DNA of 64,000 bases, from the NCBI GenBank assembly GCA_010909165.1, contig VJWM01000289.1, forward strand, positions 1 through 64,000, read 5' to 3'. Below are positions 8,944 through 22,705 of this stretch, one piece after another. Source of the stretch: Anthoceros angustus. Its lineage: Eukaryota; Plantae; Anthocerotophyta. The notes beneath the pieces are model-generated. The model was given only the letters and a program-made list of their open reading frames with translations, was not told the DNA's origin and searched no databases. The first letter of the stretch is position 1; each line of letters starts with the position of its first letter. The translations under genes were made by a program, and so were the position numbers.

Positions 8944-11174
8944 ACCCAGATATCAGGGCATTCCATGTCACCACATTTTTGTGGCCAAGCTGTCAAAAAC
9001 CTGCGCATCTTCCAGTTCACACTTTTGCATACATGTCCACCAGGCAGTCCCACAAGTATGTTATCCAGCAGTCCTATTTCCACAATCTGAGAGTGCAGCT
9101 GCCTGCCTTCTGTAAGGCACCAGTGCTTGCACAGGCCTTCAGAAGGCAAGCAAAAGTAACATGGTCAGCCACAATCAGGCCCTCCTGCTCCATTTGTCCA
9201 TACACAACAAGCGCCTCTTGGCCAAGCCTGATTTGCATACCCAGCTATCAGGGCGTCCATGTCACCACATCCTTTGTGGCCAAGCTGTCAAAAACCTGGT
9301 GCATCTTCCAGTTCACCACATTTTGCATACATGTCCACCAGGCAGTTGCCACCAGTCTGTTATCCAGCAGTCCTCTTCCACAATCTGTGAGTGCAGCTGC
9401 CTGCCTTCTGTAAGCACCAGTGCTTGCAGGCCTTCAGAAGGCAAGCAAAGTACATGGTTACCACAATCAGGCCCTCCTCCTCCATTTGTCCATACAGAAC
9501 AAGCGCCTCTTGGCCAAGCCCATGGTTTGCATACCCAGCAATCAGGGCGTCCATGTCACCACATCCTTTGTAGCCAAGTTTGTCAAAAACCCTGTGCATC
9601 TTCCAGTTCACCACATTTTGCATACATGTCCACCAGGCAGTTGCCCACCAGTAAGTTATCCAGCTGTCCTCCACAATCTGAGTGCAGCTGCCTGCCCTTC
9701 TGTAAGGCACCAGTGCTTGCACAGGCCTTCAGAAGGCAAGCAAAAGTGACATGGTCACACCATCAGCCCTCCTGCTCCATTTGTCCATACAGAACAAGCG
9801 CCTCTTGGCCAAGCCTTGCTGCATACCCAGCAATCAGGGCATTCCATGTCACCACATCCTTTTGGCCAAGCTGTCAAAACCTGGCGTGCATCTTCCAGTT
9901 CGCCACATTTTGCATACATGTCCACCAGGCCCACAAGCACGTATCTAGCTGTCCTCCACAATCTGAGTGCAGCTGCCCTTCTGTAAGGCACCAGCTTGCA
10001 CAGGCCTTCAGAAGGCAAGCAAAAGTAACATGGTCAGCCAATCAGGCCCTCCTGCTCCATTTGTCCATACAGAACAAGCGCCTCTTGGCTGAGCCATGAT
10101 CTGCATACCCAGCAATCAGCTGTCCATGTCACCACATCCTTTGTCCAAGCTGTCAAAACCTGCGCATCTTCAGTTCACCACATTTTGCATACATGTCCAC
10201 CAGGCAGTTGCCAACAAACAAGTTTGGAGGAATGCCACTGTGCACACATCACAGTGCACTTCTGCCAGATTCCACCGCAATGCACAAGCTTGAAGGGCTG
10301 CTACAAAGACGTGAGCATCCGCCTTCACACCTGACGCATCTCATGGTACAGTTGTATGGCCTCTTAGGTTTCCCATGTTTAGCATGAGCAGAGATTATGG
10401 AAAACCACATGAAGGCATCTGGTTTGCCCACCTGGTGAACACATCCATGGCCTCCTGTAGCCTACCTCCATATGCATACATGCGCAAGATATGGTTCCCC
10501 AAAAATGTACTCGATTCGTACCCATGTCTAACAATGAGATCATGAACTCGTCGCCCCACAACCAGATCCTTCTTAGCTGCACACAGTTTTAGCACAGTAA
10601 ACAGAGACTCAGAAATGGGACAGTCTGTCTGCGCCAGACATTCCAGGGCTCCAACGGCCTCAGAGCTTCCTGCTGACATAACGTGCTCACGGTTACAGCG
10701 TTACGACGCCCATTTCCGATCCTGCACGCCTGCCAGTGCTTATCCGGAGAGCTCGACTTGGAAGGAGAGGCCATGACCCATCTGCATATCCAAAGAAACC
10801 AGCTTCATCCACCCAAGCTGGCTTGAACATGCTGTTTAACCAGAGGACCTCGCCAGACCCCTTACGCCGGAAGTCAGGCGAACCAGAGCTCTTCTTACCT
10901 CGCCGGTTATCCCACCACATGCCAGGGTCCAGGAAAAATTGTCGCCACAATGCTCCTGTTCGTGCTCGTGGCGGCTACCATGGCTGGAAAATCCGTCCCC
11001 AGCCGTCCAATTTCTCGCAAGTGCTGTGTCCCTTACACTGCTGCACCTGAAGGATTGGTTGCTTGCTAGTGCTTGACTCCCTGAAGTGAGATGAGCGGGA
11101 CCTCTTGGTAGAATCCCTGTAGACCCACCAATTTGTTGGGTCCACAACGAATCCAATTGCGATACGTTGGCCAT
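8923..11174 (-). pseudogene. Frameshifted duplicate of the 5' two-thirds of PPR-B, carrying the MANVSQLDSLW start
   Basis: Collinear with 6665-8922 but with many small deletions; ATG at 11174. Confidence 0.85.
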
Positions 11175-11567
11175 CTTCTAGGCACCACAGTCGATATATG
11201 AGACGCACAAGAAATTCTGCAGGCCGTGGCAGGATGCCTAAGTCCGATGCATGACCAAACCACGCTTAGCAAGCCCAGTGCAGACGGCTTGCCTATACCA
11301 AGGACACCAAATCAGAAACGAAACACTAGCATCGGGCGACGGCAACATGACCAGGCGGAGGAGGTTGAGGGGCCACCGGCCTCTTCAACAAGCAAGGATC
11401 AGGAGGGGATGGGATTGGGATGATTTCTGTTCCTGGATCATCAAATGCCATTATAGTGTACTGAGAGGGCAGACTTGACGTTATGACGTGCTAACACTGC
11501 GACGATCGCTAGGGCCAAAGAGCAAGCCTCCTGAGGAGGTTTACGCGGTAATGTGTGTGGTACAGTT

Positions 11568-11875
11568 TGATACAGACTCTACTGAGGACCTCAAGCCTCG
11601 CCACGGCTTACATGATTCTGGTGTGATGATTTGTGTAGAAGCCTGACACAGACTGACTTGAGGACCTCAAGCCCCCGCCATGATGTGCTTACGTGCTTCC
11701 TGTTGTGATGTATTGTATAGAAGCGTGATACAGACTGACTTGAGGACCTCAAGCCCCCGCCATGATGTGCTTACGTGCTTCCTGTTGTGATGTATTGTAT
11801 AGAAGCGTGATACAGACTGACCGAGAACCTCAAGCCATGATGTGCTCTGTGTGGCGATGACTTGTATGGAAGTCT
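11568..11875. repeat. 82-bp minisatellite, about 4 units
   Basis: tgatacagactgacttgaggacctcaagcccccgccatgatgtgcttacg... units at 11568, 11644, 11726, 11808. Confidence 0.85.
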
Positions 11876-12325
11876 ACCTTTCTGGCTTCATTCCTCCTTT
11901 GGTTTACTCCTACGCAGAATGTTGAGGTACATGAGTTCTGCGTACTCCTCACCACCTTCGACCTAGCTGCCTGGATCACATCTTGCTGACACTGTCACTG
12001 TACGAATATCCCACCTACGCGAACGTCCATTGTTCAGTATCACATCCAACTGGCCATGATCACATCCGACAAGCCCCCCTGCAAGTCATCAACTTATTTT
12101 GTTTATCAGTACCACCTCGACCATCGATTCTTCTGAGGTCATGATCCTGATGGGCACCCAGTCTCACCTCAACAAGCCTGGATTTCCAACCCCCTGCCAC
12201 CCTCGACCTAGTTGCTCAATTAGAATCTTACCAGGCCACATCCTACTGGAACCGAGAGATTTGCAACCCCCAACTCCCACATGCAAAATTTCACCTGCTG
12301 AGCGCTGGCTATTCCTTCTACATTC

Positions 12326-15211
12326 TCAAGGTCGACCGTTACAACTGCAGCAACCAGCTGTGAATCGATGCACGCGGTACCCATCCCTTACAACAATGTC
12401 TCTCTGTTCAACCCTTGACATGATCTCCGTGGAACTGTGGCAGTCACTGCACATGCGTAGATTCTTAGTTACCACCAGAGGTGTGCCACTCGGAGTGTTC
12501 AAGAGACCAAACGCCAGAGCTAGCTTCTCAGCATGGCCGCAAAGCACATCTTCCTTTTCCTTCTCAGACAGTGGCTTCAACACCAACTTTGTGTGTGTGG
12601 TATGGCCTCCTTCCTGCTTCAGACGTGCATTTTGCTCTCTACCTTGCAAGATCATCTCTTTTTCTCCCACCACAAATATGTACCTGCTTGTTCACCTCAA
12701 TGCCCGCCACAGCAGGTTTCTTGTTGGCTCCTGCTACTATTCTCTGTCTTTCAATTCTATCTACATCGGTCCACCTACCTGCATCTGCATACGCATTGGC
12801 CATGAGCACATGGGATGCCCCTGAGGTCCAGCCTAACAATGCTTTCAAAACACCAATCGCCTCTCTATATCCCCGTGACTTTTGCAGGCATTCAACAAAG
12901 ACATCAACCCCACAACATTACTTTGGCCTCACATGATAATAGCATCTTCTGCCTCATCTAAATGGCCTGCACGCCCAAGAAGATCAATCATGCAATTGTA
13001 ATGCTCAATAGTAGGTTTGATGCCATGCTGTTCAAACATGGAATCAAAGTGCTTGCAACCCTCATTCACCAGGCCCCCATGACTGCATGCTACCAAGAGG
13101 CACGTAAATGTCGACTCGTTCGGATGAAGACCGGCAACTGACATCTCCTGAAAATAAGCTAGTGCGTTGTGACCTTCGTCACAAGTACCACAACCAGCTA
13201 TCAATGCATTCCATGTCACCACATCCTTTGTGGCTAAGCTGTCAAAAACCTGGCGTGCATCGTCCAGTTCACCGCACTTTGCATACATGTCCACCAAACA
13301 AGTGCCCAGAATTATGTTATCTAACTGTCCTGCTTCCACAATCTGTAAGTGCAGCTGCCTGCCCCTCTGCAACGCACCAGCACTGGCGCAGGCCTTCAGA
13401 AGGCAAGCAATAGTGACATGGTTACCCACAACCAGGCCCTCCTGCTCCATTTGTTCATGCAGAAGTAGCGCTTCTTGGCCGAGCCCTTGCTGTGCATACC
13501 CAGCAATCAGAGAATTCCAAGTCACCACATTTTTTATGCCCAAGCTGTCAAAAACACGTCGTGCATCTTCCAGTTCGCCACATTTCGCATACATGTCCAC
13601 CAGGCAGTTGCCCACAAGTACGTTATCCAGGTGCCCTTTTTCGACAATCTGGGAGTGCAGCTGCCTGCCCTTCTGCAAGGCACCGGTGCTCGCACAGGCC
13701 TTCAGAAGGCAAGCAAACGTAACATGGTTACCCACAATCAGGCCCTCCTGCTCCATTTGTCCATACAGGTCAAGCGCCTCTTGGCTGAGACCTTGCTGTG
13801 CATACCCCGCAATCAGGGCCGTCCATGTCACCACATCTTTCCTGGCCAAGCTGTCAAAAACCTGGCGTGCGTCTTCCACTTCGCCACATTTTACATACAT
13901 GTCCACCAGGCAGTTGCCCACCAATACGTTCTCTAGCAGTCCTCTTTCCACAACCTGTGAGTGCAGCCGCCGGCCCTGCTGTAAGGCACCAGCGCTCGCA
14001 CAGGCCTTCAGAAGGCAAGCAAAGGTAACATGGTTAGCCGCAATCAGGCCCTCCTCCTCCATTCGTCCATGCAGAACAAGCGCCTCTTGAGCGAGACCTT
14101 GCTGTGCATACCCAGAAATCAAGGCTGTCCATGTCACCACATCCTTTCTGGCCAAGCTGTCAAAAACCTTGCGGGCAGCTTCCAGTTCGCCACACTTTGC
14201 ATACATGTCCACCAGGCAGTTGTCAACAAATAAGTTAGGAGGAAGGCTACTGTGCAACATATCATGGTGCACTTCTTTGCCAGACTCTAAGTCCACAGCA
14301 AAGGCACAAGCTTGAAGGGCTGCTACAAAGACGTGGGCATCGGCCTTCACACCTGAACTACGCATCTCATGGTACAGTTGTATGGCCTCATTGGGTTTCC
14401 CATGTTTGACATGTGCGGAGATTATGGAAAACCACATGAAGGCATCTGGTTTGCCAACCCTGGTGAACACATCCATGGCCTCCTGTAGTCTACCTCCACT
14501 TGCATACATGCGCAAGATATGATTCCCCAAGTATGTATTTGACTCGTACCCAAGTTTGACAGTGAGCTCATGAACTCGTCGCCCCATGACCTGATCCTTC
14601 TTAGCTGCACACAGCTTTAGAACAGTATAAAACAGAGACTGAGAAATAGGACAGTCTGTCTGTACCAGAGATTCCAGGGCTCCAACGGCCTCAGTAAGCT
14701 TGCCCTGTTCGCATAATCTGGCCACCTTTAAAGCGGTTACGACGCCCAGTTCCGATTCTGAATGCTTGCCAGGCGTATTTGGAGAGGTCGATTTGGGAGA
14801 ACTAACCCCATGACCCATCTGCAAGTCCAAAGAAGCGAGCTGCTCATCCACCCAAGCCGGTTTGAATATGCTGTTTAACCAGAGGACCTCGCCAGATCCC
14901 TTACGCCGGAAGTCAGGCGAACCAGAGCTTTTTTTACCTTGCCTGTTATCCCACCACATGGCAGGGTGCAGAAAAAATTGTCGCCACAATAGCTCCTGCT
15001 CTTGACGACCACCATCGCTGGAAAATCTTTCCCTAGGCATCCAATTCCTCGGAAGTGCTGGGTTCCTTACACTGCTGCACTTGGAGGCCTGGTTGCTTTC
15101 CAGCGAATCACCCCCTAATGTGAGCTGAACGGGGGCTTCTCGTGAAATCCCTGTACACCCACCAATTTGTTGGGTCCACAAGGGATCCGGTTGCCAGACT
15201 GTGGCCATCAT
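12326..15211 (-). CDS. PPR-C: PDF + PLS + E + DYW:KP (GRP), frameshifted in S2/E1/E2
   Basis: ORF 12929-15211 (760 aa, PDF + 17 motifs); ORFs 12639-12848 (E2) and 12326-12673 (HAE...CSCNGRP). Confidence 0.9.
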
Positions 15212-15384
15212 TCAGACACGGCTCTTGGAAGATGAGACGCGCAACCAATCATGCAGGCCGAGGCTGCATGCCAAGGGACAGTACATGACGGCACCACTCT
15301 TAGCAAGCTCCACACAAAATGGGACACACTAAGCATGGATACTCGTGTCGAGCAACACAAAGGTGATTTAGCAGGAGAAGCTTG

Positions 15385-15700
15385 TGGGGGAGGATTACGG
15401 CTCGGGGTTTCGGATGAACTTTCAAGTTTGGAGTGATCCCCAAGATCTTGTCTTGTGTGCACGGTCGTTGAAATCCCAATGCGAATCCTCCATTCCGTAT
15501 TTGCACTTACCTACCAGAAAGCGAGGATTACGAATCGGAGTTTCGAATGATCTTTCTGAAAGGGTTTGGAGTGATCTCCATTATCTTGTGTCATTTGCGC
15601 ATGATTAATGAAACGCCAGTACAAATCCTCCAGTATGTATTTGCACTTACTTTGTAGCAAGCAAGGATTACGCCTCGGGGTTTCGAATGAGCTTACGAAA
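15385..15700. repeat. Degenerate ~135-140-bp repeat x3
   Basis: ggattacg(g/a/c)xtcggrgtttcgratga near 15392, 15525 and 15665; the last two are preceded by aatcctcca..gtatttgcacttac. Confidence 0.55.
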
Positions 15701-16347
15701 TCAGCTAGATTCCAGAGCCGCCCCAAACAGCCTCGCTTCACCAAAATGCCCCTGTTCCTCGATGGGCAGCTCCTGTTTAGGTTTGCTTGCCTCCAACGGT
15801 GGCGTCGAGTCTGGCATATAGTCTTGTCTTCTCATGCAAATGCCGATGATGGTCAGAGGCTTCAAGAGGCGGAAATATGGCTTCGCCTGCAGGGAATGGC
15901 TACAGTCACCTCTTCAACAAAGCAAAAGTTGACTTTCCACACATTGGCAACTTCGATGCTTTTGTTTCAGATTTGGACATGGGCAGCACATTGCAGCCAC
16001 CCACAACTTCGGTGCTTTTGCTTCATCTGGGCATGTCCAACGCGCTGCAGTAGCATACCCCTCCTCTCCTGTGCAACTTTCTGCTGCTAATGGCTTTCTT
16101 GCGGATTGAGCTGCCCTGGCAGGCTTGGCATCTCAACCCTACATATAAGACGCATTATGTTAAATCAGATAAAAAGACGGCAAAATGTTACTATAAACGA
16201 TACCATCATGAACTTTGCAAAGAAACATTGTTATCATATGGTTGGCACAGTCAAAACGCCCACCTCCGATTCGAACCGACAGCTGATTCTTCCCCCTACT
16301 CCCGAATGCAACATACCACCTGCTGAGCATTAGCCAGTCCTTCCTTC

Positions 16348-19300
16348 TCATGGTCGACCTTTACAAGTGCAACAACCACCTGCGAATCGATGTATCCGGT
16401 ACCCATCCCTTACAACAATGTCTCTCTTTTCAACCCTTGACATGATCTCCGTGGAACTGTGGCAGTCACTGCACATGCGTAGATTCTTCGTTACCACCAG
16501 AGGTGTGCCACTCGGAGTGTTCAAAAGACCAAACGCAAGAGCAAGCTTCTCAGCATGACCGCAAAGCGCATCTTCCTTTTCCTTCTCCGAGAGTGGCTTC
16601 AAAACCAATTTTGTGTGTGGTATGGCCCCTTCCTGCTTCAGACGTGCATTCTGCTCTCTACCTTGAGCCAATCATCTCTGTTTTCTCCCACCACAAATGT
16701 ATGTACCTGCTTATTCACCTCAATGCCCGCCACTGCAGGTTTTTTGTTGGCTCCTGCTGCTATTCTCTGTCTTTCAATCCTATCTACATCAGTCCATCTA
16801 CCCGCATCTGCATACGCATTGGCCATGAGCACATATGGGGATGCACTCTGAGGCTCCAGTCTAACGAGATTTTCAAAACACCACCTCGCCCTCTCTAGAT
16901 CCCCATGACTTTTGCAGGCATTCAGCAAAGACGTGAACCCCACAACATTGCTTTGACTCTCACACGATAATAGCATGTTCTCTGCCTCATCCAAATGGCC
17001 TGCACGCCCAAGGAGATCAACCATGCAGTTATAGTGCTCCATAGTAGGTTTGACTCCATGCTGTTCAACCATGGAATCAAAATACTGGCGACCCTCATTC
17101 ACCAGTCCCTCGTGACTGCATGCTAGTAAAAGGCAAGTAAAGGTAGCATCATCAGGCTGAACACCAGCAACTAACATCTCCTCAAAACAAGATACTGCGT
17201 TGTGACCTTCATCACAAGTACCACAACCACCTATAAGGGCATTCCATGTGACCACATTCTTTGTAACCAAGCTGTCAAAAACCTGGCGAGCACCTTCCAG
17301 TTCGCCACATTTTGCATACATGTCCACCAGGCAGTTGCCCATGTTATCAGCAGTCCTCTTTCCACAATCTGGGAGTGCAGCTGCCTGCCCTTCTGTAATG
17401 CACCAGCACTTGCACAGGCCTTCAGAAGGCAAGCAAAAGTGACATGGTTAGCCACAATCAGACCCTCCTGCTCCATTTGTCCATACAGAACAAGCGCCTC
17501 TTGGCCAAGCCCATGCTGTGCATATCCAGAAATCAGGGTATTCCATGTCACCACATCTTTTGTGCCTAAGCTGTCAAAAACCTGGCGTGCATCTGCCAGT
17601 TCGCCAAATTTTGCATACATATCTACCAGGCAGTTGCCCACAAGTATTTTACCAAGCTGTCCTCTTTCCACAATCTGTAAATGCAGCTGCCTGCCCTTCT
17701 GCAGGCACCAGTGCTTGCACAGGCCTTCAGAAGGCAAGCAAAAGTAACATGGTCAGCCACAATCAGGCCCTCCTCCATTTGTCCATACACAAGCGCCTCT
17801 TGGCTGACCTTGCTGTGCATACCCAGCAATCAGGCAGTCCATGTCACACATCCTTTGGCATGCTGTCAAAAACCTGGCGTGCATCTGCCAGTTCGCCAAA
17901 TTTTGCATACATATCTACCAGGCAGTTGCCCACAAGTATTTTACCAAGCTGTCCTCTTTCCACAATCTGTAAATGCAGCTGCCTACCCTTCTGCACGGCA
18001 CCCGAGTTTGCACAGGCCTTCAGAAGGCAAGCAAAAGTAACCTCGTCCGCCACAATCAGGCCCTCCTGCTCCATTTGTCCATACAACACAAGCGCCTGTT
18101 GGCCGTGACCTTGCTGTGCATACCCAGCAATCAAGGTCGTCCATGTCACTACATCCTTCGCAGGCATGCTGTCAAAAACCTGGCGTGCATCTTCCAGTTC
18201 GCCACATTTTACATACATGTCCACGAGTGAGTTGCCTACAAGTACGTTATCTACCTGTCCACTCTCTACAACCTGTGAGTGCAGCTGCCTGCCCTTTTGT
18301 AAGGCACCAGCGCTCCCACAGGCCTTCAGAAGGCAAGCGAAAGTAACATGGTTACCCACAATCAGGCCCTCCTCCTCCATTTGTCCATACAGAACAAGAG
18401 CCACTTGGACCAGACCATGATTTGCGTATCCACAAATTAGGGCCGTCCATGTCACAACATCCTTAGTGACCAAGCTGTCGAAAACCCTGCGTGCATCTTC
18501 CAGTTCGCCGCATTTTGCATACATGTCCACCAGGCAGTTGCCGACAAACAAGTTAGGAGGAATGCCACTATCCAAGAGATCTTGGTGCACTTTCCTACCA
18601 GATTCCAAGTCCGTGGCAAGTGCACAAGCTTGAAGGGCTGCTACAAAGACGTGAGCATCCGCCTTCAGACCTGACCTACGCATTTCGTGGTAGAGTTGTA
18701 TGGCCTGAATAGGTTTCCCATGTTTAGCATGGGCGGAGATTATGGAAAACCACATGAAGACATTTGGTCTGCCGACCCTGGTGAACACATCCATGGCCTC
18801 CTGTAGCCTACCTCCATATGCATACATGCGCAATAAATGGTTCCCCACATATGCATTTGACTCGTACCCAAGTTTGACAGTGAGATCATGAACCCTTCGC
18901 CCCACAGCCACATCCTTCTTAGCTGCACACAGTTTCAGCACAGCATAAAAGAGAGTTTGGGGAATAGGACAGTTCGTCTGTGCCAGAGAGTCCAGGGCCC
19001 CCACGGCCTCAGCAAGCTGCCCCTGCCGACAGAAATTGCTCACGGTTACTGCCGTTACGATTCCCAATTCCGGTTCTGCACTCCTGGGAAGCTCAGCATC
19101 ATCCAGAGAATTGGACCTGGAAGGAGAGTCACCATGACCCAGCTGCATATCCAAAGAAACGAGATGCTCATCCACCCAAGGTGGCTTGAACACGCTGTTT
19201 AACCAGAGAACCTCGTCGGACCCCTTACGCCGGAAGTCAGGCGAACGAGAGCTCTTCTTACTTCGCCTATTATCCCACCACATGCCAGGGTGCATGAAAA

Positions 19301-19547
19301 GTTGTCGCCACAAGAGCTCCTGCTCCTGCTCCTGCTCCTGGCGACCACCATCGCTGGAAAATCGTCCCCCAGCTATCCACTTGCTCGGAAGTGCTGGGTT
19401 GCTTACTATACTGCAACTACAGGATTGTGTGTTTGCCAGCGGTTGACTCCCTAAGGTGAGCTTCGCTGGAGCTCCTGGTAGAATCTCTGTGCATCCACCA
19501 AGTTGTTGGGTCCACAACGGACCTGGAAGCCATAGTGTGGCCATCAT
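16348..19547 (-). CDS. PPR-D: PDF + PLS + E + DYW:KP (GRP), with internal duplicated triplet and frameshifts
   Basis: MMATLWLPGPLW start at 19547; ORFs 17844-19709, 17231-17737, 16638-17432, 16348-16671 (CTCKGRP). Confidence 0.88.
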
Positions 19548-20753
19548 CCTGGCTCCGCTCTCGAAAGATGAGACGCACAACAAACTATTCTGGCCCTGCA
19601 GGAGGCCACGGTGCTGTGCATGACCCCCACAACGTTTCTGACGGGTGGAACACGTCGAAGCGTTTCCAGGGTCTGCAAACGGGTCGGAGACGTTTCTAAC
19701 ATATCTCACTACATATTACCCTGGAAGCGTTTCTCCACATCACATACCCTTATCTGATGAAGTGTCTCAGATAAGAGTACGAAGTGTCTCAGATAGAATC
19801 ATCAGGCTCGCTTTTAAATGACAGCGTATTGAACTACTCCATCATGGACTGGAAGGAGGCGGCTCCGGCTCCACCAACCAATATGTTCCTTCGCTTATTA
19901 TCCTCATTGTTCACAACTCTGTATAGATACCAAAAATTGTTGGGAGGAAGACAATACCTTTGATTCAGGTGTCGGGTTCCAAAATAAAGCTCTGCAGTGG
20001 CCTCCTAACATCATGCCCAGCAGATTTCTCGAGAGACGGATCTAGCAAGCCTTGAGTTTCAGATTATAAGCCCTACTTTCATTAGAGGTCCACGGATGAG
20101 GAGTTTGGACTTTAAAGCAGGTTGGAAATGGTATGACAATTTTGAGGATTGTCTCATCTCCATGTCACCCAAGTGCAATGTGGGATGCCCGTGCCTGTTG
20201 GTCATTTCGTGTACGAAGATGCTTCACAACATGGGAGGTGCCTCCCTCGGGAGGGTTGACGACCCTGAATAGCAAATGCTTCTGTTCAAGAACAACCAAC
20301 CTGGCTTCTCTTGCTGGGCAAAAGACAAACACCAACTCCAATAAACGATTGTCAGCTCAGTATCTACCACTTGAAAAATGCAACCAGTAGAAACTGCCGG
20401 CTTGAGTACCTAGGTATCTTAAGTTTAACTTCATCGAGCCCTCACTCTTGCGGCGATTCAGGTTGACAGGCCGGTGTGTAGGTGGATGGATCATTTTCAT
20501 GTACTTGATCACAGCAAGGGGAAATAGAGGTACAGAGCTTTTCCAGGGAAGTCTTCTCCGTCAGTTGTACAGGACGTGAATCATGTATGTACACAAATGT
20601 ACCACAGGATGGCTTGGGCTTTGAAACTCTTGGAGTGGAGCGAAAGCTAACATTACCAAAACTGCTCCTTATCTACCTTCGTGCGCCCACATCCAGTATC
20701 GGAGACTGCAGGCACACACTACCGGAGAAAAGACATCAATACCAGGGGGGCGC

Positions 20754-22705
20754 TCATCTCTGACCTTTGGGAGCCCACACGGTCTTGGCCGTTATGATCA
20801 CTGAACCGTCATCCTTCCTAAGCGTATGCCACAATCGTGAACTCCCATCCGGGCTAATGGTTGCCGTCCGAGATGCTGGTTGCGCGGAGGACCCGATTGC
20901 ACCTCTACTCGCCAACGAGGTGTCCTCTGGACTAGTGAGGGAAACCACTATGTCTTGCTGATGACATTCCCGTCGATACTCCATTGTAATACTTCTTAGT
21001 TCGGACGCGTCTAACACCTCAGATGGTACGCTCTGCATTAAATTTCGCGATTCTTGAGAAAAAACCTTCGAGCTTGTGTGCAAAGCACAAAACAGGGAGC
21101 AAGGTGGTGGAAACGAACCTCGAGTATCCAGGGAATATACTTGACATTGTTTACATGTCGGTTCAAATCCAGATCATTTCGGTGAGGCTGCACGTTTCGT
21201 AGAGTGTGGTTCAGAGAAACACATCAGCCCGAAATCCCAGCACACAAATCCGGAGGAGTCCTCACCCTTAGCCTTCGCCAATAGTAGATAGGATGAACAC
21301 GAACATCTCACCTTCAGGCCGGGTTGCACGTAGGTTGCCGAATCATCCAGCTCCCGGATCTTTTGAAAAACTTCAGTTGAGATGGCATGCTTGTCGTGGA
21401 AAAAAGGAGTGACTTCCTCTCTCACTTTGCTGGGCATTTTTGCCATTCTCCGGGTCTGCATGTTCATGAGCACCCACTGACTGCCAAAACCGTGGTCCAG
21501 ACAAGCATTCCAAGTAAAGGTCAAGGGCCATTCTGTGAACACAAAAGCCATCTACCGAGAAAACCGCTGTTACCTAGTTCCTCGGGCAATAACTCGTCGT
21601 GTATCAAGGTCACGAGCAATCCAGTCCCTTCGCATGCCATTTGATGCCTGACCGTGTGAAGCTACCCATGAGTCTATCTCGATCATACTGCCCCTGTTAA
21701 ATCACACTCAAATTCAGAAAAAGCGAGACGATAACGATCGGGCAAGGGACTCCAACAAAGTTTGTCAGCGATGCTCCAATACTTGAAAGCCCCAGCTGCG
21801 GCAGGGGAACATTGGCAATCACAAGAATGTGGGACGACAAAGCTGCGGAAAGAGAATCTTTACCACGCAGGATATTGGTCAACTTCTACATGCATGCGCC
21901 TCACCACCCAAATCAATCCACACTCAAACATAGCCTTCGTTGATCCAAAACCCCCTGCTCCAATTCCTGAGTATAGGACATGATTCAGCGCAACCTCCTG
22001 TCAAGGACCCAACACAAGCAGGGTTAGACGACTTGGTGGAATCAGAATCTGAAGATACCAGGACCAGAAATTACGGTTGGGAACTGTCACCTGGAAAAGA
22101 TTTGTCACCGTTTCAATGGACGCGGCTTTGTCGGCCCCAACTTCAGAGTAACGAATCACAAATGCCTGTCTGTAAATTTCCTTATTCTGTATGAGGCAAC
22201 CCTTCCTGAGCGCTTCTAATGGCCTAATCCCCGTCACGTTTGGCTCCAGAATGAAACTGGAGAGCGCTATCCTCAGCGCGCTTAGCACATCAGCGGAGGG
22301 CAGCCTGACAACTTCGCTCGGAGGAGCAATGTCAGGGGAGCTAACACCTTGAGCTTCCGGCAGCTTGCTACTGACGACATTGCTCCTGGTAAATCTCTTC
22401 GTGCTCAACATCTTTCCAAAGCCTGCTCCAAGTAGCGGAAGATGTCGCCAATCCCCAAACACTTTCGATCCACCTGTTCCCCAAACTCCAAGACCTGCGC
22501 GGACGTCCGATTTTCCGATGACAGGCCACTTCATCTTTAAGTCATGGAACGAGGGAAAAGAAGCAGCTGCACTGTGAAGACTGTGGCAAACTGTGCTCCT
22601 ATCACAATCCGGAGCTGTCCTGAGAATGGCCTCTGTCCTAGCGGGAGGGTCCCCCAGCGCAGGCGATTGGAGAGCTCCCATCAGGCTGGCCGAAGGAATA
22701 TTCAT
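20754..22705 (-). CDS. Acyl-ACP thioesterase (Fat family), multi-exon, plastid transit peptide likely
   Basis: YRQAFVIRYSEVGADKAASIETVTNLFQ; GFGSTKAMFECGLIWVVRRMHVEVDQYPAW; SQWVLMNMQTRR; DLDLNRHVNNVKYIPWILE; SITMEYRREC. Confidence 0.9.

Noticed and set aside
11568-11875. Tandem C/D snoRNA cluster (ATGATG...CTGA)
   Set aside because: Box C is non-canonical (ATGATGT), no terminal stem or rRNA guide could be recognised, and identical tandem units fit a minisatellite
15385-15700. SINE with Pol III B-box (GTTTCGAAT)
   Set aside because: No A-box, poly(A) tail or target-site duplication found
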